Origin: a virus
Lineage: Duplodnaviria > Caudoviricetes
Length of the DNA: 57,186 nt
Direction: 5' to 3' (one strand)
Virus record (IMG/VR): IMGVR_UViG_3300020151_001089
Span: 1 to 57,186 of that record
In this document: piece by piece, positions 46,436-54,900 of the stretch
Layout: every line of letters starts with the position of its first letter
Position numbering within the stretch: the first letter of the stretch is position 1
Position numbers and translations under genes: made by a program
The notes under the pieces: generated by a model
The model's database searches: none
Told to the model about the DNA's origin: nothing
The model's input: the letters and a program-made list of their open reading frames with translations, nothing else

Positions 46436-46439
46436 CATA

Positions 46440-47270
46440 ATGGATCAAGAAGTATCTATTTCTGAATTAATTTTTAATTTTGATAAATGTCTTTCTGTTT
46501 TACAACACGAAGATATTTCTGATTTTGATGATCTAAAAATTATGAGGTTAAAATATTCTACAAAAGAAATAGATACTTCTTTACCTATAATAAGAGAATC
46601 GACAGAAATTTATTTAACAGTATTAAGTTGTTTATCTAACATTAAAAATTTTTTGATTAGTTTAGGTAAAAATGAAATAGATGAAGAAATATTGGAAAAA
46701 TTATCAAAAAAATATCAAAAAATTTATATTTCAAAGTCTGGTAAAGATTGTTTACCTCCAGATGCTGATGGAATGGATAAGAGAGATGGTATATTTTTTG
46801 ATGAATTTGAAGGATCTGTTTTTAGATATTATAATTTTTTGTCAACTGAACATAGAAATAAGACGAAGAAAAAAATTTTAAAGGGTGATTATACGATAGA
46901 AGAATTTTTGTTCATGGTAGAACTTAAATTAGATTATTATCTTGAAATAACGAAAAATAAACATAAAAATTTGAATTTATCTTCGTTCACTATATCTAAA
47001 ATGAATAGTCAAGATGAAAAAATTCTTCATCTTTCTGAAAAAAATTTTGAATCAAAAATAACAATGATATATTTTTTAGAAAATATATCGAGAATATATG
47101 GAGTAATAATAGAGCAAAGAGGATCAGATGTTATACTTTTAGGGGATAAAAATTCAATGATTTTTTATGATTCTTCTATTAATTGTAGATTAGTTTATCC
47201 ACCATTAGAAATATCTGAACATGTAACACATAAATACCCAAGATATATTATTAAATGCCATTTTAGTTAA
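46440..47270 (+). CDS. Hypothetical protein, C-terminus related to the next gene
   Basis: MIYFLEN.S.IYG...LGDKNSMIF...YPP...KYPRYII. Confidence 0.65.
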   Translation: MDQEVSISELIFNFDKCLSVLQHEDISDFDDLKIMRLKYSTKEIDTSLPIIRESTEIYLTVLSCLSNIKNFLISLGKNEIDEEILEKLSKKYQKIYISKSGKDCLPPDADGMDKRDGIFFDEFEGSVFRYYNFLSTEHRNKTKKKILKGDYTIEEFLFMVELKLDYYLEITKNKHKNLNLSSFTISKMNSQDEKILHLSEKNFESKITMIYFLENISRIYGVIIEQRGSDVILLGDKNSMIFYDSSINCRLVYPPLEISEHVTHKYPRYIIKCHFS

Positions 47271-47273
47271 AAA

Positions 47274-47864
47274 ATGATACATAAATTTTATTCTAATACT
47301 GTTTATACTAAAACAGATTTGTTAGATAAGAAGACAAGACTTGAATTAATAGAAGAAATTGATGATCATTTGGATAATGTTAATAAGTATAATCAAAATG
47401 GGGAATATTTAGAACATGCTTTGGGATTAGGTAACAGAGAAATAAAAAATAGTGTCTGTTGGTTCAATCTTTTTAAAGCAATAAAAAAAGAATTAAAAAA
47501 TTATTCTGAAGAAGTTGGTAATATAGAAATATCTAAAGTAGCGATGGGAGCATTTTGGGCTAATAGAATTAGATATTTGACACAAAAAACATATTACGAA
47601 AGATTTTATCCTAATTATCTAAATGTTCATGATCATAAACCAAGTGATTTTGGTATGATATATTATCTACAAAATTTATCTGAAATTTATGGAACAATTT
47701 GGTATCATGATGATAAAGAAATAATTACTTTGGGGAAAGAAAATTCTTTGGTATTTTGTAATACTGAAATGCTTCATAACCCAGTTCATCCTCCACCTGA
47801 AGTAACTATAAAATATCCAAGATATGTTATAGTTGCAGAATTTAAATATAGAAAAAAAATTTAA
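47274..47864 (+). CDS. 2OG-Fe(II) oxygenase-like protein
   Basis: FWAN...HDH...MIYYLQN...YGT...ENSLVF...LH.P...PRYVIV.EF. Confidence 0.6.
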   Translation: MIHKFYSNTVYTKTDLLDKKTRLELIEEIDDHLDNVNKYNQNGEYLEHALGLGNREIKNSVCWFNLFKAIKKELKNYSEEVGNIEISKVAMGAFWANRIRYLTQKTYYERFYPNYLNVHDHKPSDFGMIYYLQNLSEIYGTIWYHDDKEIITLGKENSLVFCNTEMLHNPVHPPPEVTIKYPRYVIVAEFKYRKKI

Positions 47865-47870
47865 AGGATT

Positions 47871-48083
47871 TTGTTTATGAACATGGAAGTAAAAAATAAA
47901 ATATTGCAAATTTTAACACGAATAGAAGATCGTAATCAAAAATTGAGAAAAAATGATATGGAATTTGTGTTAAGTTATTGTAAAAAATATAAGTCAGTAG
48001 ATAATAATTTAAAAAAAGCAATGAATAAAAGATATATTACTATTAATGATTTTTATAATGATTTTGGATTTTCTTTAGACTGA
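47871..48083 (+). CDS. Hypothetical protein
   Basis: 70-aa basic ORF. Confidence 0.5.
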   Translation: MFMNMEVKNKILQILTRIEDRNQKLRKNDMEFVLSYCKKYKSVDNNLKKAMNKRYITINDFYNDFGFSLD

Positions 48084-48607
48084 AATTTATAAAATGAATT
48101 CCATTCAGCATAAATTCGATGATTATTATCGTATTTTAAATCTACACAAGTAAATCCAAAGTGTTCTGAAAATTTTAAATGTAAATCATAAGACCATGGA
48201 AAGAAGTCAATTTCTTCACATTGACTATTTTCATGGTCTTTTCTACCAGGATTGCATCTCCAATAGATTCTTCCACCAGGTTTAAGTAACTTTACTACCG
48301 AATTAATCTCTGATATAATCTTATCTCCAGATCCAAAATTGATGCTCCCCAGACAAAAGGCAACATCAAATTTTTGATCTGTTTTAAATTTATCTATAGT
48401 AACTTTATAATCTGCTTCATCAAATGCTGGATCTATTCCAATTAAGTTTTTTATTTTTCCTTTAAATGGGTTTGGACCACAACCAACATCCAAAACCCAT
48501 TCATCTTCTTTAACTTTATTGATTAGATCCCAACCAGAATATAAGTATTGATCTAAATTACTAGTCCACTTTGTCGCAAAGTATTCATTCAGTTGTTCTT
48601 GTTTCAT
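48053..48607 (-). CDS. Class I SAM-dependent methyltransferase
   Basis: VLDVGCG.N...IGIDP...FDVAFCLGSINF...LLKPGGRIY. Confidence 0.85.
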   Translation of the reverse strand: MKQEQLNEYFATKWTSNLDQYLYSGWDLINKVKEDEWVLDVGCGPNPFKGKIKNLIGIDPAFDEADYKVTIDKFKTDQKFDVAFCLGSINFGSGDKIISEINSVVKLLKPGGRIYWRCNPGRKDHENSQCEEIDFFPWSYDLHLKFSEHFGFTCVDLKYDNNHRIYAEWNSFYKFQSKENPKSL

Positions 48608-49184
48608 GAAATTGCCTAATAGAATATTTTTTACTGGAGTTCCTGGATCCCGTTGGAGTGGTATCGCCCAGACGTTAGAAACGATGTCTGATATGAATAC
48701 CTCTGACCGTACTCCTGAGCGTGAATATGTTCATCATAGTTATACTGGACATAAAGGAGCGTATTTTGGACCTGGGATGGAATTTGAACCAATTCTCGAT
48801 CCTGTTTATATTGATCAGGCATGGATTGAACCTCAAGGATGTAAACTTGTAAAAAGTCATGAATGGTCTTATTATCTAGGTGAAATTCGCCAAAAGTTTC
48901 CAAATGACTGGATATTAATGGTATATCGTCCTGATATGTCTAGTTATTCTTGGTGGCATGAAGCAGGTGGATTTCAAATTAAATATCCAAACTATACATC
49001 TTATCAAAATAGTGCTATAATGATGTCTGAGATTATGAAACAAAATTCTGAAATTTTGAAGTTTGGTAGTCTAAATAAATGCAAGTGGGAGTATTTTACT
49101 TCTTCTTGGATAACTGATAATTTTAATCAAGATATTCTGGTGAAAACCGTATTTGATGACATTCTAGTTACATTGATTAAATAA
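48606..49184 (+). CDS. P-loop/sulfotransferase-fold-like protein
   Basis: IFFTGVPGSRWSG...LVKSH...ILMVYRP. Confidence 0.6.
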   Translation: MKLPNRIFFTGVPGSRWSGIAQTLETMSDMNTSDRTPEREYVHHSYTGHKGAYFGPGMEFEPILDPVYIDQAWIEPQGCKLVKSHEWSYYLGEIRQKFPNDWILMVYRPDMSSYSWWHEAGGFQIKYPNYTSYQNSAIMMSEIMKQNSEILKFGSLNKCKWEYFTSSWITDNFNQDILVKTVFDDILVTLIK

Positions 49185-49219
49185 TAAATAATAGTACAAT
49201 TTAAAGGAGTATTTAAAAA

Positions 49220-49894
49220 ATGCTGTCTGGAAAGGAATTTGTAAAAAAGATTAAAGAAGAAAACGCTGAGCTTTTTGAGCAGTCTCGCATTAACGTTCGT
49301 CGTTTCTTTGCTTCAAATCCAAGCAAAGAGCATATGGTTGAGCATTTCCGTGGTCGCATGGTGAATGAAGCAATGAACATGAAGGCGATTGCTGCTGAAG
49401 TTGCTTCTGCTCCTGCATCGATGGATGTAACTGAACTTGAGCTTCTTACTAAGCAAGCACAAGATGAAGCAAAGCACTTCCGTATGGTTAAGGAAGTTAT
49501 TGAGCATATCTCTGGTGAAACTGTAGATGTTGACGCTGCATTTGCTGCAGAAGCATCTGCTCCACAGGCAAAGGGTGCTACTCTACTTGATAAGTATGGT
49601 GCATCAGAAGATCCTGCTGCTCTTGCTGCATATCAGCTTGTTGCTGAAGGTCGTGCAGAAGCAGTATGGAACGAAATGGCAGAGTGTGTATCAGATGATT
49701 TCATCTCTTCACGTTATGCTGCTATTGCTAAGGATGAAGGTTTCCATGCTAATATTGGTGGTTGGAAGCTTGAGAAACTTGTAGAAGGTGCTGCTGATCT
49801 TCAGGAGCGTATTCTTTCAATGGTCGCTCAAATGCGTTCTGATCTTCTTGAAATTAGTAATAAGAACACCGCTGTTCCTTTTGCTGCCATCTGA
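49220..49894 (+). CDS. Ferritin-like di-iron carboxylate protein
   Basis: E...DEAKH...E...DEGFH ligand pattern; late promoter AATAAATA 49183-49190; SD AAGGAG. Confidence 0.8.
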   Translation: MLSGKEFVKKIKEENAELFEQSRINVRRFFASNPSKEHMVEHFRGRMVNEAMNMKAIAAEVASAPASMDVTELELLTKQAQDEAKHFRMVKEVIEHISGETVDVDAAFAAEASAPQAKGATLLDKYGASEDPAALAAYQLVAEGRAEAVWNEMAECVSDDFISSRYAAIAKDEGFHANIGGWKLEKLVEGAADLQERILSMVAQMRSDLLEISNKNTAVPFAAI

Positions 49895-49911
49895 TAATTG
49901 AATTTTTCATT

Positions 49912-50163
49912 ATGACTTTTATTGGAACAAAGAAACAAAAAGATAAAACTCATATAATTAAATGGGTTAGTGCTTGCACAATACTAGTAGCAATGGTATT
50001 TCATGTGCTGGGACTAACCCCTTGGAATAGTATCCTACAACTAATCGGTGCATCTGGTTGGACTTATGTAGGATTTAAGTGGAAGGAACGTTCAATCATA
50101 ATGAACTTCCTTCCACAATTTTTTATTATCATACCAGGATTAATTTACATGATGATAAAATAA
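49912..50163 (+). CDS. Small multi-pass membrane protein
   Basis: IKWV....L.AM.FH..G..PWN..LQL.G..GW..VG..W.E.SII.N. Confidence 0.75.
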   Translation: MTFIGTKKQKDKTHIIKWVSACTILVAMVFHVLGLTPWNSILQLIGASGWTYVGFKWKERSIIMNFLPQFFIIIPGLIYMMIK

Positions 50164-50164
50164 A

Positions 50165-51097
50165 ATGCAAAAAGGACAGAAAATGGTGAGAGTTGGATCT
50201 CACACCTGGGATAACCGAGTGGGTGTTTATGTCCCAGTTTATGAAGAAAACGTCGATTATGCCCCAGATGTGAGGGGTAATTTTAAATTATTTAAGCGTT
50301 CTTTTTACAATAGAGATTATCCTAACGTAATTTTAATATATTGGAAAAGTGGTGCTGGTGGATTATTTCTAGCAAATTGTTTATCATTAAGTAATAGAGT
50401 AATTTCTACATTTGAAACTCAAGAGGAAAAAATAGAGTTTTTAGAAAAATATATTGATGATCAGAATTTATTTTGGAATGATTGCTATCTCAATAATATA
50501 ACAGCGGAAATACAATTTGATGAGAAGTGGCATAAAAACCGATATTTTATGGTTTATGACCATGATCCAAATAATATACCAAATCATTTAAAATTTTGGT
50601 CAAATTTAAATGTAATATATTTTAAGAATCCAGATTTATTTGTAAAAATGAGAAGGGTTCTTAAAAATTTTGGTGGAAATATTATTCATACTAGTTATGA
50701 AGAAGTTCTTCCAACTTGTGCATTATACCCAATACCAAGAACGTTTGAAGAATATTATTCATTATCAGTGGAAGAAAAAAAGAATATTCATAATTTTTAT
50801 AAAAGCAATGAAGACTTTGGAAGTCAATGTTACTTAAACAATAAGAAACTTTTCTATGTTTGGGATACTAATTGGTATTTTTCAAAAAAATTAACTTTAA
50901 AATATGTTAAACATTTATATCAATGTTATCAGTTTGATGATTATAATGAAGAGTATATATCTAGATATTATGATAAATGGTTTTCAAAAATAAGAGAAAT
51001 AAAAAGAAAACCTATTCCTAGAAACATATATGAAATATGTAAAAATGAGGAACTTTTTGATAGAACTATAATGTATCCAGAAGACTTGAACTCTTAA
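50165..51097 (+). CDS. Hypothetical protein, sulfotransferase-fold-like N-terminal motif
   Basis: ILIYW.SGAGGLFLANCLSLS. Confidence 0.6.
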   Translation: MQKGQKMVRVGSHTWDNRVGVYVPVYEENVDYAPDVRGNFKLFKRSFYNRDYPNVILIYWKSGAGGLFLANCLSLSNRVISTFETQEEKIEFLEKYIDDQNLFWNDCYLNNITAEIQFDEKWHKNRYFMVYDHDPNNIPNHLKFWSNLNVIYFKNPDLFVKMRRVLKNFGGNIIHTSYEEVLPTCALYPIPRTFEEYYSLSVEEKKNIHNFYKSNEDFGSQCYLNNKKLFYVWDTNWYFSKKLTLKYVKHLYQCYQFDDYNEEYISRYYDKWFSKIREIKRKPIPRNIYEICKNEELFDRTIMYPEDLNS

Positions 51098-51717
51098 TGA
51101 AAAAAATGGTAATCCTCACTGGACCACAAGGGTCTGGTAATCATCTTTGGTCTAAAATATTTTCACTTCATCCTAAAGTATTTGGGTGGAAGACACTTCT
51201 TGAAAATTATTGGGAAGCACATAGGTTTGCAGAACCATTCTGTGAATATTGGAAAGACCCATCAAAACTCAAAGACTTTGATTGGTCTACTCATGATTAT
51301 TTTTTTACAAGTATTAGTGTCCCTCTTGGTATTCAAGAAACTAAATGGGAACCAGATATCATGAAATTTGTAACTGAAGTTGAAAAACTTGCAATTAAAA
51401 CACAAGTTGTTGTAGTTGGTAGAGATCAAAACATTCTTAGACATCAACAAACTCGTCTTAGAAAGGAAAGTACTTTACCTTACTTTATGAAACAACTTCC
51501 TGAATTTCCTAATCCTATTTTTCTTAGTTATGAACTCTTATATCTTTACAAACAAGATTATTTGAAATCTTTGGATGTTGGTATTCCAGTTGCTTGGGAT
51601 GATTTTAGAGTACCTGAAATATTATCTTGTGATCCTAACGATAAGTATATTCATAGTGTTGATGAATATTTTTTAGATAATTGTAATAAAACTGGTATCC
51701 CACTTAAATCAATATGA
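51097..51717 (+). CDS. Atypical P-loop (GPQGSGNH) protein, paralog 1
   Basis: VILTGPQGSGNHLWSKIFSLHPKV.GW...VGRDQNI...QQ.R.R...FLSYE. Confidence 0.7.
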   Translation: MKKMVILTGPQGSGNHLWSKIFSLHPKVFGWKTLLENYWEAHRFAEPFCEYWKDPSKLKDFDWSTHDYFFTSISVPLGIQETKWEPDIMKFVTEVEKLAIKTQVVVVGRDQNILRHQQTRLRKESTLPYFMKQLPEFPNPIFLSYELLYLYKQDYLKSLDVGIPVAWDDFRVPEILSCDPNDKYIHSVDEYFLDNCNKTGIPLKSI

Positions 51718-52367
51718 AAAAACTTGTAATCGTAACTGGACCACAAGGATCTGGAAACCATTTTTTTAGTAGAGTGTTCAGCACCCATCCTAAAGTTGGG
51801 GGGTGGAAAAGTCTTTTGGATAAGTATTGGGTTCCGAGTGATGAAGAATACTTTGCGAAGTATTGGGTTCATCCAGAAGAACTTACCGAAAAAGATTTTA
51901 ATGGATATGATTATTGGTTAGCGAATGTGAGTTGTCCATTCTTTTATGATGGGGTAAGGTACATACCGAAAATTAAAGAGTTTGCTGAGAAGGTACAATC
52001 TTTTGGGATCGATGTTCAGATTTGCATCATTGTTAGAGACCAGAATATTAACTGCGAACAACAAAAAAGAGTTCGTAATGAGGTTACTTTACCAATAGCG
52101 ATGCATTATTATCAGAATAATATTATTGGAAATGGATTTAATGTTCATTTTCTAGATAATGAAGCGTTCTTCTTACATAGACAATATTATTTGAAGTGGA
52201 TAAGTGAATTGTTAGATTTTCCTGTTGATTGTAATAATCCAGATATTTTTAATTTTATAACAGAAGATCCCAATAAGAAATATGTTAAGTATGTTGATGA
52301 GTACTGGCTAGACAAACAGGTGTGGGATGGTGTACAATCAAAAAAGATACGAGGTATTGATGGTTAG
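51714..52367 (+). CDS. Atypical P-loop (GPQGSGNH) protein, paralog 2
   Basis: VIVTGPQGSGNHFFSRVFSTHPKV.GW...IVRDQNI...QQ.R.R...FLDNE. Confidence 0.7.
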   Translation: MKKLVIVTGPQGSGNHFFSRVFSTHPKVGGWKSLLDKYWVPSDEEYFAKYWVHPEELTEKDFNGYDYWLANVSCPFFYDGVRYIPKIKEFAEKVQSFGIDVQICIIVRDQNINCEQQKRVRNEVTLPIAMHYYQNNIIGNGFNVHFLDNEAFFLHRQYYLKWISELLDFPVDCNNPDIFNFITEDPNKKYVKYVDEYWLDKQVWDGVQSKKIRGIDG

Positions 52368-52521
52368 TACAGAATTTCCTTATGAAAATTTTCGTTATCG
52401 TTTAGAATATAATGAAACTAAGGAAAAAAGAATTTGTTGGTTTGAATGTAAAGAACATCTGGACAAATATATTTCTAGACATAAATTAAAAAAGAAAGAT
52501 ATTAACGTTAAAACAAAATGA
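52360..52521 (+). CDS. Small hypothetical protein
   Basis: FPYE.F.YRLEY...ICWFECKEHLDKYI.R. Confidence 0.6.
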   Translation: MVSTEFPYENFRYRLEYNETKEKRICWFECKEHLDKYISRHKLKKKDINVKTK

Positions 52522-53942
52522 TAACTTGGGGAATTTCATCAGAAAGTCATAATGCTGCACTCTCAGTATTCGTCAACGATACGTTAGTTTTTGCAAGTGA
52601 GAGTGAGAGATTTAGTGGCATTAAAAACGATGCTTATCTGAATGATGACATTATTAACTACGCACTAAAGTTTGGAAAACCAGAACTAGTTTGTTGGTAT
52701 GAGAACCCATATAAGAAAACACTCAGGCAACTTCTTGCGGGACAAGGATGGATCCAAAACGTCAAGAAGTATGTTGATGTTCCAATCAAGTATTATGATC
52801 ATCATTATACTCATGCTTGTGCTGGTTATTTCACCAGCAAGTTTGATGAATGTTGTGTGGTGGTTATTGACGCTATAGGTGAATTTCAAACACTTACAAT
52901 TTGGGAAGCAAAGGGTGATAAATTAAAACTCAAGTTTCAACGTAGATATCCGAACAGTATCGGACTTTGGTACTCTGCAATGACCCAAAGGTGTGGATTA
53001 AAACCAAATGAAGAAGAATATATTCTCATGGGTATGTCTGCTTATGGGGATAAGACCCGTTATGAAGATGATATTTATGATGATTTTATAGGATTTAGGT
53101 CATTAACTTTTAGAAAAAATTTACATAAAGGATGTGTGGATTGGAGACCTGATATTAAGAATAACTTTGATATTGCTGCTGCAACTCAAAGCATTTATGA
53201 GACAATGTTTAGAGATATTATGCAAACTGCATCTAACATTGTTGATAGTAGAAATTTAGTTCTTATGGGTGGGTGTGCATTAAATTGTGTTGCAAATCCT
53301 ATTGCATATTATTACTTTGATGATGTTTGGATTATGCCTGCACCTGGAGACAATGGATCTGCAATTGGTGCTGTACTTGCACACAAGAAAAAACATATTG
53401 ATTGGCATGGACCTTACCTTGGATATAATATAAAACCACTTGCATCAAATGAAGAGATTGTTAATCATCTTTTAGAGTATAAATTATGTGGACTTGCAAG
53501 AGGTCGTGCAGAGTTTGGACCCAGAGCATTAGGTAATCGTAGTTTGCTTGCAGACCCTTGTGATCCTAATATTAAATCTATTGTTAATGATATAAAACAG
53601 AGACAACAATTTAGACCATTTGCCCCTGTAATTATGGAAGAATATGTGCATGATTACTTTAGAATGCCTACAAATTCTTCTCCTTACATGCAATATGCAG
53701 TAAGGTGTAAACAATCTAAAAAGTTTCCAGCAATTGTTCATGTAGATAAAACAAGCAGAGTTCAAACTGTAAATAAACGTCAGAACGCAGAACTTTATGA
53801 TCTTTTAAAATTATGGTATGAAGAAACTGGTTGTCCTATGCTTTTGAATACTAGTTTAAATATTAAAGGAAAACCAATGGTTAATGATGAAAAGGATTGT
53901 AAAGATTGGGAAGAAACCTACAATGTAAAGGTATTTAATTGA
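52518..53942 (+). CDS. Carbamoyltransferase (NodU/CmcH/TobZ family)
   Basis: HNAA...ESERFS..K...HHYTHA...DAIGE...GGCALNC..N...PAPGD.G...EFGPRALGNRS...FRPFAP...LLNTSLN.KG.P. Confidence 0.93.
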   Translation: MITWGISSESHNAALSVFVNDTLVFASESERFSGIKNDAYLNDDIINYALKFGKPELVCWYENPYKKTLRQLLAGQGWIQNVKKYVDVPIKYYDHHYTHACAGYFTSKFDECCVVVIDAIGEFQTLTIWEAKGDKLKLKFQRRYPNSIGLWYSAMTQRCGLKPNEEEYILMGMSAYGDKTRYEDDIYDDFIGFRSLTFRKNLHKGCVDWRPDIKNNFDIAAATQSIYETMFRDIMQTASNIVDSRNLVLMGGCALNCVANPIAYYYFDDVWIMPAPGDNGSAIGAVLAHKKKHIDWHGPYLGYNIKPLASNEEIVNHLLEYKLCGLARGRAEFGPRALGNRSLLADPCDPNIKSIVNDIKQRQQFRPFAPVIMEEYVHDYFRMPTNSSPYMQYAVRCKQSKKFPAIVHVDKTSRVQTVNKRQNAELYDLLKLWYEETGCPMLLNTSLNIKGKPMVNDEKDCKDWEETYNVKVFN

Positions 53943-54718
53943 TGGATTATAAAGATAATTTTTTATATTTTCCTAATAGAACTTTTACCACATTTGACAA
54001 TAAAAATTTCTACAACAATCCTAAAAATTTAGAATGGGATTTTGTTGGGACTGATAAACGCGATTTATATGAAAAAAATTTAAAAAAACAATCTAAAGAT
54101 TGGTATTATAGAACTGCAAAAATTAAATATAATTTAAATTCCTTTGGATATAGAACTAAAGAATTTGATCAAATTGATTGGAAAAATTCTATAGTAATGT
54201 TTGGTTGTTCTCATGTTTTTGGTACTGGTGTGGAAGAACAATATAGTATTTCTTCCTTATTAGAAAAACTTATTGATATTCCTGTTATTAATTTGGCAGT
54301 TGATGGTGGTTCAAATCAAATAATGTTTCACAATTCATTAGTGTTGTCTGAATTATATCCCCCACCTAAAGCAATAGTTTACTTTTGGACTTCTTTTGGT
54401 AGATTTTTTATTTATTCTCATGATAAGATAGAATCTCATTATAGGAATGAAATTATGGAAAAACATAAAGATTCTTTTGGATATTCTAGTCCGTATAATT
54501 TAGCTATTTCTAATTTGATGTGGATTAAATATATGAGAAATCTTTGGAAAAATAAAACTGAAATTTATGAGTTGACATTTTTTAAACATGTAACTAAAAT
54601 ATTAAATAACGAATGTGAGCATGTAACATGTGATAATTTTGCAAGAGATTGTGGGCACCAAGGAATTTTTTCAAATATTGAAATATCCAAAAAATTAAAA
54701 TCTAAAATAAAGTTATGA
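53939..54718 (+). CDS. SGNH/GDSL-like protein, paralog 1
   Basis: N..GYR..EF...FGCSHVFG.G...INLA..GGS...RD.GH.G...N. Confidence 0.65.
   Translation: MMDYKDNFLYFPNRTFTTFDNKNFYNNPKNLEWDFVGTDKRDLYEKNLKKQSKDWYYRTAKIKYNLNSFGYRTKEFDQIDWKNSIVMFGCSHVFGTGVEEQYSISSLLEKLIDIPVINLAVDGGSNQIMFHNSLVLSELYPPPKAIVYFWTSFGRFFIYSHDKIESHYRNEIMEKHKDSFGYSSPYNLAISNLMWIKYMRNLWKNKTEIYELTFFKHVTKILNNECEHVTCDNFARDCGHQGIFSNIEISKKLKSKIKL
54146..54224 (+). repeat. 79-bp exact direct repeat, copy 1
   Basis: ggatatagaactaaagaatttgatcaaattgattggaaaaattctatagtaatgtttggttgttctcatgtttttggta, identical to 55141-55219. Confidence 0.95.
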
Positions 54719-54894
54719 CTGATAAAACATTAATTGACAATTATTTTTATGTTCAACGACAAAAATGGGGAACATGGAAATCTTATGATATTCAAGATAA
54801 TCCTATAATGACTTCTTTGACAGAAGAACTTTGTATTAAGTCTACTCGTTGGTATCTAAAAGAAAAACAAGAGCAGCATAATAGTGGGGATTAA
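54715..54894 (+). CDS. 59-aa hypothetical protein (not in ORF track)
   Basis: MTDKTLIDNYFYVQRQKWGTWKSYD...TSLTEE.C..STRWYLK. Confidence 0.65.
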   Translation: MTDKTLIDNYFYVQRQKWGTWKSYDIQDNPIMTSLTEELCIKSTRWYLKEKQEQHNSGD

Positions 54895-54900
54895 TTTAAA

